Counted from the stretch's first letter, positions 1 through 14,000 are shown. The stretch is 55,920 bases of DNA from Streblomastix strix (GCA_008636045.1 SNRW01000004.1:1-55920); one strand, 5' to 3'. Notes: a model not told the origin generated them from the letters alone. A program made the numbers and translations.

Positions 1-2
1 TA

Positions 3-878
3 GCTGCACTCCCAGCTTGCGATGGTTAAAGTAGCGCTTCAGTTTCTCCGAATACTTGCAAATGTGTAGAAGGCCATACACCAGAGAATTGCGTGTGTCC
101 AGTAGTACCAGCTTAATTAGCCACCATTCCGGTGGATCGTTGCCAATGTTTAACAACAGGAGATCCAAGAGCAGGTCAAACTACACCAACAGGAGCTATA
201 TGTCCTGCATATTGTGCGGACAATGTATATGAAGAAGGATGTGCTTGCGACAGTAGCATTGAAGCAACATATGATAAATGCAGGGAAGATAAAGCATATG
301 ATGGTATATAAAAATGCGCTGAACTTACAGCAGCAACAGTTGGAGTTGCAACATGCATATGCGATGGAGCAGCTAACTCACCAACACATTGCGTCTGTCC
401 AAAAGATGATGATATCGCAGATCTAGAAGGAGTACCATCAGCTAGATGCGGCTGTTTATCAACTGGGGATCCAAGAGCAGTAGCAGAAGGAATCTGCCCC
501 ATATATTGCGTTAAAGACACTGCAACAGCTGATTGCACATGTGACAGTGCAATAGAAGAATATCCAGTTGCAGATTGCGAAAAAGAGAAAGCCTGTAAGC
601 ATGATTTAGCTGCACAAACAAAGGAGGACTGTGAATGCACTGGTGATAGTGATCCAAGAATAGCTGGTGTATGCAAACCTCCAGCAACTGTTGATTGTGC
701 AACATCCATCGATAAAGATACTCCAGTAGAAGACTGCGCTTGCCCCACTGATAAGAAGTTATTGAAGAAAGATCCACGTTACACAAAAGGTGGACTTTGC
801 GCAGCTGGATCAATGAGAGCTGCTTTGGCTGTGGTGGTTTCTGCCTTAATCATCCCAGCTTTAATTCTGTTCTTCTGA
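3..878 (+). CDS. Cysteine-rich surface protein, 3' part (5' end outside window), with C-terminal hydrophobic GPI/TM-type tail
   Basis: Frame 3 is open for 291 codons if TAA=Gln (3 TAA): AALPACDGQSS...CQCLTTGDPRA...CGCLSTGDPRA...CECTGDSDPR...GSMRAALAVVVSALIIPALILFF, then TGA at 876-878. CxC...DPR motifs repeat. Confidence 0.85.
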
Positions 879-976
879 ACTAAAGAAGCAGATTCAATGA
901 CGTCTGAATACTGATGTCATATACACCCCATACACCTTTGGGTGCACCTCGGAGATCCTTATCAGCACCTTTCTTT

Positions 977-1026
977 AATTTGTCCGTAAAGTGATGTTAT
1001 TTTGATTTGTCCGTAAAGTGATGTTT
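977..1026 (+). repeat. Tandem duplication of ATTTGTCCGTAAAGTGATGTT in the 3' UTR region
   Basis: Two exact ~21 bp copies 28 bp apart. The paralogous UTR near 12000 has one copy. Confidence 0.8.
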
Positions 1027-2199
1027 TTTTTTCGTTATGTTTTACCTTTTATTAATAGGTCCTGTAGGGTTTAAATCAAAATAAAGTTCGGCACTAGAAC
1101 AAATCGATTGGATCCATTTTTATTTAACTTAGTTAAAAAAAGAGTTTGTTCGTAAAATTTAGTAATAAAACTAAAAAAGAAGCTTATAACAAAGATGACC
1201 TCTTATTTATGAGTATCTTAACCAATCCAATCACATGGAAGATGTCTCTGCGCTTGCTGTGGCAGGTTAACGAGGTTTTGATTTCAGAATTTCAAAGTTA
1301 AATTATTCATTGTAGGCAATGTTTCCAAATTAGTTCGCACACTAAGCCGATACAACTATATTCTTATTGATGTTTTAGAACACTTGTGTGAGTCAAATAT
1401 GCGATGGTTCAACAGAAACATCAACTTTTGAATAGAATGGTACAACGCCCTTGTTCAGAATTTATATAAGTAGCTCAATAGACTATTTCGTATCGTTTGT
1501 CTTTCAGTATCCACCCAATACAAAAAATGGAAAATTGATAAGGAAACCGAGAAAAATGTTTTATATGGTTTGATTAAAATGCGTCAGTAATTTTTTTATG
1601 CGTCAGTAAAAAAATTTTTTTTGTTTTAATCTATAGAATGAGTAGTGTACATTAAAGTTATACTCCAAACTTTTCTCATAACGACTTCTTAGTGGCGCAG
1701 CAACGTATTTTTTCCAAAAAAAAATTATTGGCCTAAAATTTAATTTTAACTGAATTAATAATATTTCTACTAAACATGAATTTTAAAAGAATTATACAAG
1801 AGAATATTAAAAAATAATTAGTTTTTGGAGTGATTTAATATTTTAAAAATTTTATTATAAACTCTCTATTTTTTATTAATACGTCATTAGATTATTATAT
1901 TAACATATAATTATATAAAAATTTTGTGTTAAAATCAAATCGATTGACAATTGATTGAGATTTACGTTTTAAGAATGAAAAGATTAAAATACAGCATAAA
2001 AATAAAATAGAAATATCAGATTTTGATGAAAAATGATTAAAAATAATAGTTATAATTAATTTCATCGAATATATTAACTTCCATTTTAAGTGATCATTTC
2101 ACAAATAGATGCTATCATAGCTACAAAGACACACACGCCGCTCACTCAACAATAATGTCAACATATTCATGATACAATCGAAACGTATATGATATTTGG

Positions 2200-2870
2200 T
2201 TTATTTTAGTGGAAATTGATATTGATTATAATGAAAGAGCGAAGTCTTTTAGCATCAATATAGCAGAAGTTGAATGGTGCAATACCCAATGGATTATTTA
2301 TACCAGACAATTCTTCAAGATTGCATCATATCTGAAGTTCAAGATATAAATCTTCAGTTAATCAGTGAAATCTCTTTCATGCATTTAATTACGAGCTGAA
2401 TTCAAATAATCCTTTTCTAATCTTTAAACAGTGTAATTGGAATGAATACTCTTTCTCTCAGAGGGTAAGCATCTATCAAGAAAGGATTTAATTATTTCTG
2501 AATATCAAAGTCATATTCAATCACGGATGGATTAATGTATTGAACATTTGTCAGGATATTCTTGTCATTTACAATTAGATCAAGTATTGCATATGGAAGA
2601 AGTGCAACTGGCACTTTGCATATCCATACAAGAATATATCAAATAAGACATTAATCAATAATTCTTTTTTAGGATAGAAGTAATACATCATTCAAGATAA
2701 TATCAATTTTAATTGGAAATCTAATCCGAATATTTAGATTGGTGCTATCAATACACCTAAATGTAATTCCAAATGGATAAGGTACTTATGAGGTCATTAT
2801 TACTTTCCTATCTTGATGAGAATCACCAAATCCTACTTGATTAGTATCACTATCTTTGATTTATGTTATG
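2200..2870 (-). pseudogene. Degenerate ORF of unknown function (possible transposase remnant)
   Basis: Minus-strand frame has protein-like composition (…KVPVALLPYAILDLIVNDKNILTNVQYINPSVIEYDFD…) but several TGAs. No motif recognised with confidence. Confidence 0.25.
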
Positions 2871-3749
2871 TATATAAATGGTTGTAATACACAGAGTTAA
2901 CATTGTCTATATTTGATGAAAAAAGATGAATGATTATGTAAAAATTATTTATTTTTATACTTGATCTTCTCAGATTAATTCCATTATTTCAATCTAAAGA
3001 CATTCTCATTCAGTTTCAATCTGTATTAAATAAAAAAACAATAATTAATAGAATAAAAAATATTTATTTCAATAATTAAATAAATTATTATTATTAATTA
3101 TAAAACTAATTTTTTATTAATAAATAATTTACTAAAGTCATCAACAGAGAAGTATTCATCTATTCTTACAGTATTCTCGTTGACTGAATTTCATGTAAAT
3201 TATTATCAAATAAATTTAAATTATAATAAATGGTGTTATAAATATAGTATATAATTATCATTAATTTAAATATAGATTAATATAATTTATGTATCATTAA
3301 AATTTAATTTAAACTTTGTAAAATATCGCCTACAGCTTCATTTCTTCAGTTTTCATATTTGATGTTTCTTGTTGTTTCTTTTTTGCCTTATTTGCATTCA
3401 TCTACTCATCATTAAGCTATCTCATAAAAATTCTTTTTAAAAAATTCTTTTTATTTTTCTTCAAAACTATTCTGTTTAGGCCTAATAAGTTTATGCTGTC
3501 GTTTTTGTTCTATGGAGCTGTCTGAACTGAAAAGATCTGATATTAAAAAGATGAATATATATTGAATATATTTCATAATTATATATTGGAATTTAATAAA
3601 TAAATAAGAAATTTCTTAATAATAAATAATAATAAGAAATTATAACAAATATTAATATTTAAATAATAAAATATTAAATTTACTCTCTAATTTATTATTA
3701 TTATTATTATTAATTACTTCCTATTCGCATTTTCTTAAAAATTTACAAC

Positions 3750-6000
3750 GTACCACTTTATTCTTCTTTCCAATCTCTACTGTTAGCAACAAGATGAGTA
3801 GCATGTTCTTTAATTCAATATGATCATTTTTATACAAAAAACAGTCAGAAGCACTATTAAAACTTCCATTTTAGAGAAGTTATATATGAATCCTAATCCA
3901 TGAGTTTTACCAAGAACATAACTACACCATCAAATTCATGAGTAATTACCGAAATTTGAGGATGAATTATCTTAATCGTCTTCGTTTTGAATTGATAGAA
4001 TGAATGGTAGTATCGTAAAGATTCATTTGTTTACAATTGCAAATCCTTTGAATGATTCTGTATCAATAGCAAATATCTTAGCATGAACTATTCGTAAAAT
4101 AAGCTACGATGTCAAAGTGGTTTTGGTAATGCAATGTTTCGCGTAAAAAAGCATGGAAATAAAAAATCAATGCAATCATCATTATTTGCACTCTTTTCAT
4201 ATGGTAATTATGAAATTATGTATTACGGATCAATCTGACGCCATTAAGAAGCTGGTTGAAGTAATATTTCAAGGATTTTAAGCTGGTGGTGGATTAAGAT
4301 GCAGTTGAGAAGGAAAATTTGGAAGACAAAAGCATGATACAAATATTTTTGAACCCTAGAATGATGGTTATCCACATGATGTGAGCAATAATCTTTTAGA
4401 TTGTATATATACTTTTGCTAAAGAATTGACACCAATTGGATCAGAAAATTCGTTTGTTGATTCGGTCTTTGATAATTAAATTTCTGTAGATCCTAAGTAT
4501 TCATTTTGAACTTCAACCTAATAAAAATTTGATAATAGGATATTCCCTTTCTTCTATAATAGACTTTTAGAAACAGAAGTACCTCCCATACGAACTGGTA
4601 TATATAAATTCTCGTTGAACACTGAATTCAAGTTCTCAGGTTTATCAAAAGACATTTAACAACTATCATCCAAATCAACAACAACAAACACATCTGAATA
4701 TCCAGTTGTATCAGCTGCAATAATTTCTGTGCATTCTTTAACTTTAATATATAAATATCTATAATATGGTTTCACTTGTACTTTGTCTCGCGATTGATGA
4801 AGTTTAAGTAATGATAATATATCAATATATCCAGATACTCTTCCTACTGATCGACTTTATGCTAGAGAAATGCATCAATATATCCAATTTATAGAAGACA
4901 TCGTAGTGGAACAATTCTTTTACTCATCGATTCATTAACTGATGTATCTTTATCCTTAACTTCTATTTTTAGATTTGCATTCTCTAATTCTCTTCAAAAA
5001 CCTGCAAATGTGAACAAGCTGAATTACATCAATTCTGGGAATAGTGTGCATGCTTGAACATCAAATTTAACTTGTTGCACTGTTTTAATGTTCATTTCTA
5101 AACCTTCTGATATGAACTAAACAATTAGAAATGAATCGTATATTCGTTCATTTTGCAATGATATCAAGTTTTCACTATGTTAATCATACAACTATAGAGC
5201 AAATTCGCAAAGTTCTTAGAAGTGACAATTAAATGATAACTCTACTTTTTTTTCAAGAATTCTTTTCTTATGCTTTTATATTTCAATCCTTTCAAGTTAC
5301 ACTGGTCCAGTAGCTAGATCTTATAGTCGAATCTTTGTAGATACTATTTTCTCATCTTTTCCATAACAATCGTGTTATTACACTAAATATTTCAATTATA
5401 ATGTAATATAATACAGCATAATATATTAAATATTATTAAAAATAGATATACTAATATATTCATACATTGATTATTGATCTTAAATCCTCGGATCTTCCAG
5501 AGCTCTGCGCAAATATTCCATCTATTAATCTAAGATTGTAATTGAACGAAAGATAAAATAAAATAAATTAGAATAAATTGAGCTCATTATTTATATTTTA
5601 TGATATTCTATCTAAATAGTATTAAAAAAATTAATATACTTGCAACTTCCATCTTCAATTTTAAAGTTTTAAATTAATGATATCTTCAAACGTAAGCAGT
5701 TTGAATTCAACATATCAAATAATTTAAAAATTAATATTTGGCTATTCTTAATCAGGAACTTGAACTGTTTAATATCATCGTTAGTAGGTTAAGTCGTTGT
5801 AGTTACTATTGCCTCTTCTTCCTGAACTGTATCATTATCATCATGTTCATCACTTGATAAAGAGCTTGACGATGATTTGCTTTGAGGAGCTGTTTATGAT
5901 GCGTCCACATCAGATGACGAATTTTCGATAATAACATTCGATTATCTCTATACGTCAGAACCTTGAGTATTCTCAATTCGAATTTAGTTCAATTCTGAAT
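3750..6000 (-). pseudogene. Decayed multi-exon C2-domain protein gene (possibly CC2D2A/CEP76-like)
   Basis: Minus strand ~4490-4770 reads YLYIKVKECTEIIAADTTGYSDVFVVVDLD...PENLNSVFNENLYIPV, a typical C2 N-terminus. An upstream acidic/Ser exon lies at 5640-6000. The downstream part has TGAs and frameshifts. Confidence 0.6.
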
Positions 6001-6904
6001 AAAAATTAACCAAAATTTAATAAATAATTCATATGAAATATTAAGTAATCATTTAGTATTTTGATTTGAAAAATATTTAAAATTAGTATCTAAAATTGAT
6101 TTAATGGATATTATGGAAAAGAATATTTGCATTTGTGATAAATTTCATATAAATATAAATTAATTGAAATGATAAAAAGTAAATATTTAATAATTTTATA
6201 TTCATTCATTGGAAAAACTAGTTTTAATTCGAAAAAGTATTAATTTATTTTTTTTGAACTGAATAATTTAAAATTTTATAATTATTGTTAAATATTTGAT
6301 TTTTAATTGAAATTTAAATGAGATATTAATAGAATTAAATAAATTGATTGTGTAATTATTTAAAAATTTGTGGTAGAATATTGAAAAAAAAATAAATATT
6401 AAAAAATTAGTTAAAATTACAATTTAATAATATTTGATCCAAAAATGTTTTCTAATTATAAATATATATAAATATTTTAAAATAATTTAAATAAAATATT
6501 AATTTTATTAGAATTTTTTTTGCATAAACTATTTGTTAGATTTCTCCACGAATAGGTCATAACTTAATTTTTTCCAAGTTGAATGTTAATAACACGAACT
6601 ATATCTATCAGTTAAAATTATAAAATCAACTACTGACACTTTTAAAAATACTGCCGAAATTTAGTCGCGCCATATACCGATCCAGCCATTGTGTAGCATT
6701 AATTTCTAAAGAACTATGCAAAAGTATAAAATAAACAAGAAAATAAGTAAAAATATTAAAAAGAATAAGAATAATAAAGTAAAATCATAAAATAATAACT
6801 ATTTTAAAAACAAACCTAAAAAAGAATTAACAAATAAAAATATTTCAACATATTTAAAGAACGTTACATATTTACATATCAATACCCAAGTTCTTCATGT
6901 AATT

Positions 6905-7240
6905 CTCATTTCGTTTAACTGATCCAATTTTATCAGCCTTGATAATAGCTTCGACAACTTTATCTATAGATGGTTCCATAGTTTTCTCATCGTATCACCT
7001 TCAGAAAGACTCAATTTAGCAACTTCAACTAATCTTTCTCGAGATGCATTGCTTATTCCAAGTTATTTCAGACTAATTGGTAATCCAACTGAAAGACAGA
7101 ATGTTACCACTTTCTTTTAAATTCATCATCTGATGCATTTATTAGTACAAGATGAGCAAGTGTTCCAAATGTAACTTTCTCACTATGAAAGTAAAGAATG
7201 TGTTTCTTCAAATACTGTAATATTGAATGGATTCCATTAG
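6905..7240 (-). pseudogene. gldA: Glycerol dehydrogenase (GldA-like) C-terminal fragment, frameshifted
   Basis: Reads FHSEKVTFGTLAHLVLINASDDEF / VVTFCLSVGLPISLKQLGI...VAKLSLSEGDTM / IDKVVEAIIKADKIG, matching the GldA pattern HGEKVAFGTL.QLVL...VGLPITL.QL...EGETI...AD..G. Confidence 0.8.
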
Positions 7241-7569
7241 CCATTGCTGTATACTTGGCTATTAATACTGCATATGTAGAATATAATATGTGGATAATAC
7301 ATCTAATATTAATTGAAAAGCAAAATACGAAACTTTTATTGTAAGAATTAGATTTGTGTCCATCAGAACTAAATCAGAACATTTCTTGGTAGAAATAAGT
7401 ACTTTCCAAATTTATGGTTGCCTTTATGTATCAATGAAAGAGCGTTTTATGATAAATCGGACGAGACAACACTTGGCACAACGATCATTGGAAGCTTTAA
7501 ATAGAATCAAACAGCTTTTGTTTGATCAGGATAACTTCTCATAGCAATAAATTGATTAAAGTCATTTTA

Positions 7570-8510
7570 ATTCTTTAATAGACTTATATTGGATGTATGA
7601 ATATTTCCCTTAGTCAAATTTCCTTACATAATCACTTATATATTGGCTCTAGAACCTAGCTTTGAGGAGTTATAACCTCGGATAAATGAATCATCAGTAG
7701 CCAAATTCCATGCAAGCATATATTTATTTGGATAAATTGTTTTTGTTGCTTTGCTTCCACTATACAATGTTGTTAAATAGAATATGTTAGCTGTTTATAA
7801 AAATTTTCATTATCTATCAATCCATAGTAATTTTTCTTATCATCAACATTCAAGTTCTCAAATGTAAGTGAATGATATAGATCTGATGAGGCACTAGCAA
7901 CATCTTAATCAATGAAGCAGTCAATCATTAATCCATTTGTTGCTTAATTCAATGATTTATATGGCTATAGGATAACATTATTCTAATCAATAACAAGATT
8001 GAGTCCTGTGAATAATACAGGGAAAAACCATGTTGGATATTAGGGCATAGCAAATGTCATAAATAATGCTTTTAAGTTAGAGAATGACATAATGCTTTAC
8101 ATTGATCCACTTTCTTTATCAAACTCACTAAATGGAAAGTTCGATGATTATGTTCTAAATACTTATGTAGGAAAGTTTACTATTTTTTGTTATTGAATCA
8201 TACTAATTATAGCTTCTTCATTTTCAATATTGAAGCATATGTTTTATATCTCTAATACATCAAATTTAGCTGTTCTAATCTAACAAATTGAGTTTAAAAG
8301 TATCTTATCATCAATAGCCGCATTTTAAATTTTTTCAATTCTAATATTATATCCCAGATATTCATGTACTCTATCTTCAGTAGGCTCTTTTAGTAGATAA
8401 ACTATATCAAGTTTCTCTGGAGGTATCATATGATATGCAAGATTGGCATTAGGAATTGTATCTTATTTGTTAAACTATACAACTTTTAATTTTTTCAAAA
8501 AATCATTCAT
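7570..8510 (-). pseudogene. Putative major capsid protein fragment (paralog of 44138-46120)
   Basis: LAYHMIPPEKLDIVYLL...NICFNIENEEAIISMIQQQKIVNFPTQVFRTQSSNFPFSEFDKESGSMQS...YMLAWNLATDDSFIRGYNSSK aligns directly with the main copy. Confidence 0.75.
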
Positions 8511-8600
8511 CCAAAGTTATAAAGAAAATGATGCATAACTACATTTAAATACTGGAAAAGAGTTACTAGGCTAGGATGAATGATGTTTATTTTTACAAAA

Positions 8601-9090
8601 ATGGAAAAAGCTGTAACTTAAACAATCAAACAATTATTCAATGATTTAGTCAAATAACACTTTCAAGACAATGATACAGTTAAAGTTACAATTGAAGCAT
8701 TATAAAATTTACTAAAGAATGATGTAAAAGTATCAATCCATCCATTATTCTAAGAATTAACGAGAATCAATAAATTGTTCACCAATCAATATTAATAATT
8801 ATAAAATATAAAGAAAATGGTAGATGAAGAAGATTATGAAAATAAGTTATTTAATGAATAAGATAAGTACCTCAAAAATAAATATTTATTAATTAAAAAG
8901 TCATTAGATCAAAATAATTAACGATAATATATAAAGAAGTATATTATCTCTGAAGCTAGTGAAAAAAAAATTAGATTTACTATTAATTTGCGAACGATGA
9001 GTAATACAGTATCTTTGTCAATTATTATCAGCTTAATTCAAAATAATAAGATTGTTGATATATTAGATGTATTTGATTATTTCTTCAATT
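8601..9090 (+). pseudogene. Polinton hypothetical protein (paralog of 41560-42090)
   Basis: MEKAVTQTIKQLFNDLVKQHFQDNDTVKVTIEALQNLLKND vs MEKHQTQLIKQLFNELVKSHFQDNDSIKITIEALQNLLKND. Confidence 0.7.
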
Positions 9091-9691
9091 TTATCTTGAA
9101 TTGAATCGTGGTGATAAAAGTGAAAATATTATAACATCATATTATATCTACTTTTATCTTATTAATCTAACTCAACCATAAATTTCCATGGAATTACAGT
9201 ATTCATGTTAAGTATTTAGAATATTTTGAATATCTCATACTCAGACGCATCATACTTATCACCAATTGTTTTTGCTAAACTATATATCTCTTCCATTTTA
9301 TTAAAATAAAACAATTTATTTACTAGGATTATTTAACATTTTAAGATATAAGATATATCTCCAATGTTTTGCCAATTCCAAATCTTTATTTAATATTGCA
9401 TTGTTCAAAAATGATTCAATTTATTCTATAGATAATTGTATTTAATGGATGCTAGGTTAATTCTTGTCCATTTTTCTTTTGTAAAAGAATTGTATAATGT
9501 AAATCGTTATATTTAATAGAACCAATACTAGACCAAAATAACTCCATTATATTTTTTTCACATTAACGGTGTCCATCAATTTATCAGGTAGGGATACAGA
9601 AATAATTGATGTTATAAAATTAACGCCATTGAACAAGTGATTCATTATTCCCATGATTATCGATATAATACTCATTTTATTATTTTTGAAA

Positions 9692-10390
9692 ATGTCACTA
9701 AAAGAATTATAGGATATAACATTTACTAACCAAGATTTATTGAATGAATATAAAACTAAGCTATTAGCGAAGAATTCATTGTTCCTAATTAATGGAAATC
9801 ATTATTTTGTTGGAGCTGTTGGAAGTGGTAAAGCAACGTCAATGAATATAAAAATTGTGATATTTAAAAAATAGTCGATCCTTACATATTATGCTTCTCG
9901 AATTACGATGCAGAAGAATCAACAGCATTAAACCATAATAGTAAGAACATATAATAAACGAATGTGGCTTATGGAGAAGCAATGATATTTCTACCTGAAT
10001 TTGATGAAATATAATACTTAACAAAAGAGTTATACGCTTAGTACAAAAAGAATGAATAAAAATAATCGTATATTAGTGATTTCATCAAGCGAATGGATGA
10101 GTAATTCATTTAAAATGACGAGATAAAAAATGATGGAAACATGATGATTATATTAATCGAAATGCTGATCTATTCAAATAAAAAGTAATCGAAGCCATTA
10201 ATTCATATAGTTAACCAACCAAGGTATTGAGATTCTATATCTGTGCACTAATTCAAAACGTTAGTTACTAAAAGAAATCCTTAGCAGTTAATCCATATAT
10301 ATAAGAACAGAATGATTGATCATCTAGCATTATAATGTTAGTGAGAATTTTTGTGATTCCATTTTCCTCAATTGATTGGATGATATTGCA
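9692..10390 (+). pseudogene. A32-like packaging ATPase, decayed copy
   Basis: MSLKELQDITFTNQDLLNEYKTKLLAKNSLFLINGNHYFVGAVGSGKAT (Walker A), followed by frameshifts. Paralog of 40011-41028. Confidence 0.8.
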
Positions 10391-10407
10391 AAGATTGATT
10401 ATGTTCT

Positions 10408-10770
10408 ATTAAATTCATAATTATTATTTAATGAATTAACTATTATTATATATTAAATTAACTATTATTTATTAAATTAATTATTATTATTTATTAAAAT
10501 AATAATTTTTTTAAATTAAATAAACTATTATTATTTATTAAACTGACTATTATTATATATATTAAATTAACTATTATTAATTAATAAACTAACTATTATT
10601 ATATATTAAATTAACTATTATTATTTATTAAACTAACTATAATTATATATTAAATTAATTATTATTATATATTAAATTCTTAATTATTATACATTAAATT
10701 CAATATTATGATATATTTAATTTCAAATTTGTATATATTAAATTAAAAATTATTATAAATTAAATTCAAT
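10408..10770 (+). repeat. AT-rich minisatellite, ~22 bp unit ATTAAATTAACTATTATTATAT, roughly 15 degenerate copies
   Basis: The unit is visible repeatedly and the array starts just after the truncated ATPase. Confidence 0.8.
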
Positions 10771-11749
10771 TTTATCATATTTATAATTAATTTTAATCAC
10801 ATATTTTAACCTAAATTTCAAATTTATTTAATTATTATTTTAATTATATTATTTATAAAATGAATTGATACTCAGTTATTATTTACTTGGATGCGACTAT
10901 AAAAGTTGTTACAAAAGTATGATTAATATTATTTAATTATTATAGAAACTAATTTGTTTTATTTACTTCATTTATTTGATTTATTTATTTATTAAATAAT
11001 TTTACTATTCATTTTCTTCTAATTTTTTAATATATGTTATTTAGGTTTGTATTATGCTTTGTAATATTTCAGAGTTCCTTTAACTTGCACTGATTGTGAA
11101 TTAAGTAAGAAAATAGTTTTAAATTGATGAAGATAATTTTACTAAAACTGATGATGAATAAAAAGAAGATATGAATTTAGAAATGTAAATGAATGAAATT
11201 GAAGAAGATATTCAATCAAATAATAATAGTAATATTAGAAATAATTTGAATAATAGCAGAAGCATATCTATTAAGAAATAATCACATTCAATGAAGTAAA
11301 ATCGGCATTCCAATAGCAATTATTGCTTATTTTTTTATTTAAAGAGTTGTAAATTCTGTTTTATCTCAATATCCAATGTTTATTATTATTATAATCTATG
11401 CGATATTATAACTTATTATTGACTATTCATATCCTAAATCCATACGAATGCTCGTTCGATGAAGAATCCTCAATTAATTCACCTTCTGATTGAATAAAAC
11501 AATAATTTTTCAGAGTTTTTCAAAAAATTTTTTATTCAAACATCAAGGAGTTTTTAATTTTTAACAAAAGAAAATCAATCTCAGACACGAATCTGTAAAG
11601 ACATTTAATAGTTTAAATCTTACAATTTTGATTAAATTATAAGGTTCAGAGGTCACATTGACTCCTTCTTCACAAGCAATCATCATCCAATAACAATTTC
11701 TTGATTTAAATATCAAAGCAATATTCATCAGAATTTTCTTTGGTACGGC

Positions 11750-11913
11750 AATGCTGGAGTTGAATGTCCATGCCCAGATAAAACTGATAAATCAAATAGG
11801 ATACAGGTCTAAGAACAGTTGAAAAAGGAATTTGAGCAATTAGATCAATGAGAGCTGCTTTGGTTGTTGTGGTTTCTGCCTTAATCATCTCAGCTTTAAT
11901 TCTATTATTCTGA
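11750..11913 (+). pseudogene. 3' fragment of a Cys-rich surface protein paralog
   Basis: NAGVECPCPDK...SMRAALVVVVSALIISALILLF-TGA, near-identical to 808-878. UTR homology continues to ~12066. Confidence 0.8.
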
Positions 11914-12682
11914 ACTGGAGTGCTGGAATTTATGATGTTTGAATATTCATGTCATTTTATTCAATTCTCCTTTGACAGTACCAGAGATTCTTTTTGGCAC
12001 CTTTCTTTAATTTGCATGTGAAGGATGTTATTTTTTCTATTATGTGTTACGTTTTATTAATAGGTCAAAGTCTGTTAAAAGATGACGTTAGTAGCAAGCT
12101 GAAATTAAGAAAGATGTCATCCATGGCTGTTTATATCATCCTCGAAATAAAATAATTAAAAAATAAATATATTTTTATATTAAAAAAATAAAATAATGCA
12201 AAAATATTAATTTTAAACATTAAATTCATATGCATCGCACTAAATTAGTTTTAAAAACATAAATTTGAATAAAACTCTGTTCTCGCTTTGAAATATATCC
12301 AAATATTGCCATTTAAATTATATAGAATAACATTTAAACTGAAAATATTTATAATTTTGGGAATTCTAGAGCTCTATAATTACTAGTTTAATATAAAAAT
12401 TGATTAAACTTTGTTTGTTAAATGGTTAATTTAAAAGATGAAGTTTATTAATTCAATTATTATTCTAAAAAAAATTGATTTAAAAAGTTAATAATACTTC
12501 AGTTAGATAAGATTTACTGATGAAAATCTACCTTTTTTGAAAAAATGATAATAATCTCGGATAACCTCTCCATTTCATTACAATATTATCTGGCATACAC
12601 CTAATCAGGGCCACATTTTTATTGCGAGACTGTAATTTAAGGCAATGGGACCAATCAATCGAAAAAAGGCAAGTATTTATGT

Positions 12683-14000
12683 ATGAGCGACTCAACAAAA
12701 TTAAATTAAGTGTAATTTAAAAAGCATCCATCTCGTCAAGATATATCTAAAACAATACCGGGCATTCCTCAGTCCAGTAGACAAATACTGAAGCAATCGT
12801 CGAAAATTCAATTTTCTGACTTATCTTGTAATATCAAAGATGGTTTGAGCGATGATGCAGACAATTACACTCTACTCGAGGATGAATACATGTAATCAAA
12901 GGGTTGTGAGGCTTTCGTCGATGAGATAGATGATGATGTTTCTGTACGTTTTCACGGTCAAGTTAAAGCGATTCTGAAAGAAAACGGGCACTTTGAACAT
13001 GAAACAAAAGAAGAACTTCATTACAGTTTTTGGGAATTTGAGTCTCAAGAGAACATGAAGATCTGGACAGCTTATGTACTCGCGGATGCTGCATAAATTA
13101 AATCATCCCATCTCCAGAATGTAGTTCAGTCGCGATTGCAAAGTGTCATATTCAGAGTTCAAAAGCAACTTGTCGTTGATGTATTCATACCTCCAAAGAT
13201 GATTCCAATGAAACGCAAAGGGCGACGAAAGCTAATTGGTAGATGGAAAGAGCTCCATTTCATTATAAGCCTAGTTCCAACAGCAGAGATAGTAGTATTC
13301 CAAATTTAATTCTTTAGTAGATTAGAAGATAACACAAGACATCGTTACAATATTTGAGGGAGTTCTAAAGAAACCGGCATCAAAAATCGAAATGCTGAAT
13401 CATTCACTAGAACCTGTTACAAGACAGATGCATTTTGAAGACATATCCTGGAATGGTGCAAATATAATCTTCCCTATGTCTGAAGTTGGTCCTATTCTGA
13501 AAGAAGAAAGTCCTGGATATGCAAGAAGATAGTTGGAATCGTCTGCTGCTGTCACATAAGGAATGGCAATGCTGATAAATGACGCAGCAAGGAATGAAAC
13601 AGATAATCTAGTGGGCAAGATGCTTAAGGTATTCGAAGCGTCACTTATATCAGTAGCAGATGCCTCGTCCAAAGAGAATCAAGACAAGAAGGTGTAGATC
13701 AGAGGCCGTAGAATGAAGACGTTCTATCACAGCATACTAAGGAAAGATACAAAACGAAGTCTGGAAAGTAAATTAACTTAGGAAGAGGAAAGTTTGGGAG
13801 CACGTTTGGGAAGTATAGCAGTTAAAATAGAGGAAGGAAGCAGTAAAACAAGAGAAACTTCTAATACTAACCAATAGGAGGATATAATCGTGTGTTCAAG
13901 GCAAAAAAATTCAAATCCAGCTCAGGAAAATACCATATTGAAGATAAATATTATCTCTGATTAGTTGAATCTCAAACATTCCATAAATAAGATTAATCCT
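12683..14000 (+). pseudogene. DIRS ORF1 (gag-like), disrupted
   Basis: ATG at 12683 (MSDSTKLNQVQFKKHPSRQD...), long open frame with one TGA and a frameshift near 13400. Called mainly by its position upstream of RT. Confidence 0.55.

Larger units (their letters stand above)
7570..10390. mobile_element. Decayed internal fragment of a second, inverted Polinton-like element
   Basis: Clear nucleotide homology, inverted, to 44990-45930 (capsid), 41560-42110, 41045-41525 and 40330-41030 (ATPase), with gene order preserved. Confidence 0.85.

Noticed and set aside
1200..1510. Higher-complexity stretch that may be a coding remnant
   Set aside because: No convincing frame or motif could be read on either strand.
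1579..1610. Direct repeat ATGCGTCAGTAA x2
   Set aside because: Could be a regulatory site or transposon subterminal motif, but nothing nearby supports a function.
10408..10770. Possible CRISPR array
   Set aside because: Tandem degenerate units without unique spacers, no cas genes, eukaryotic context.
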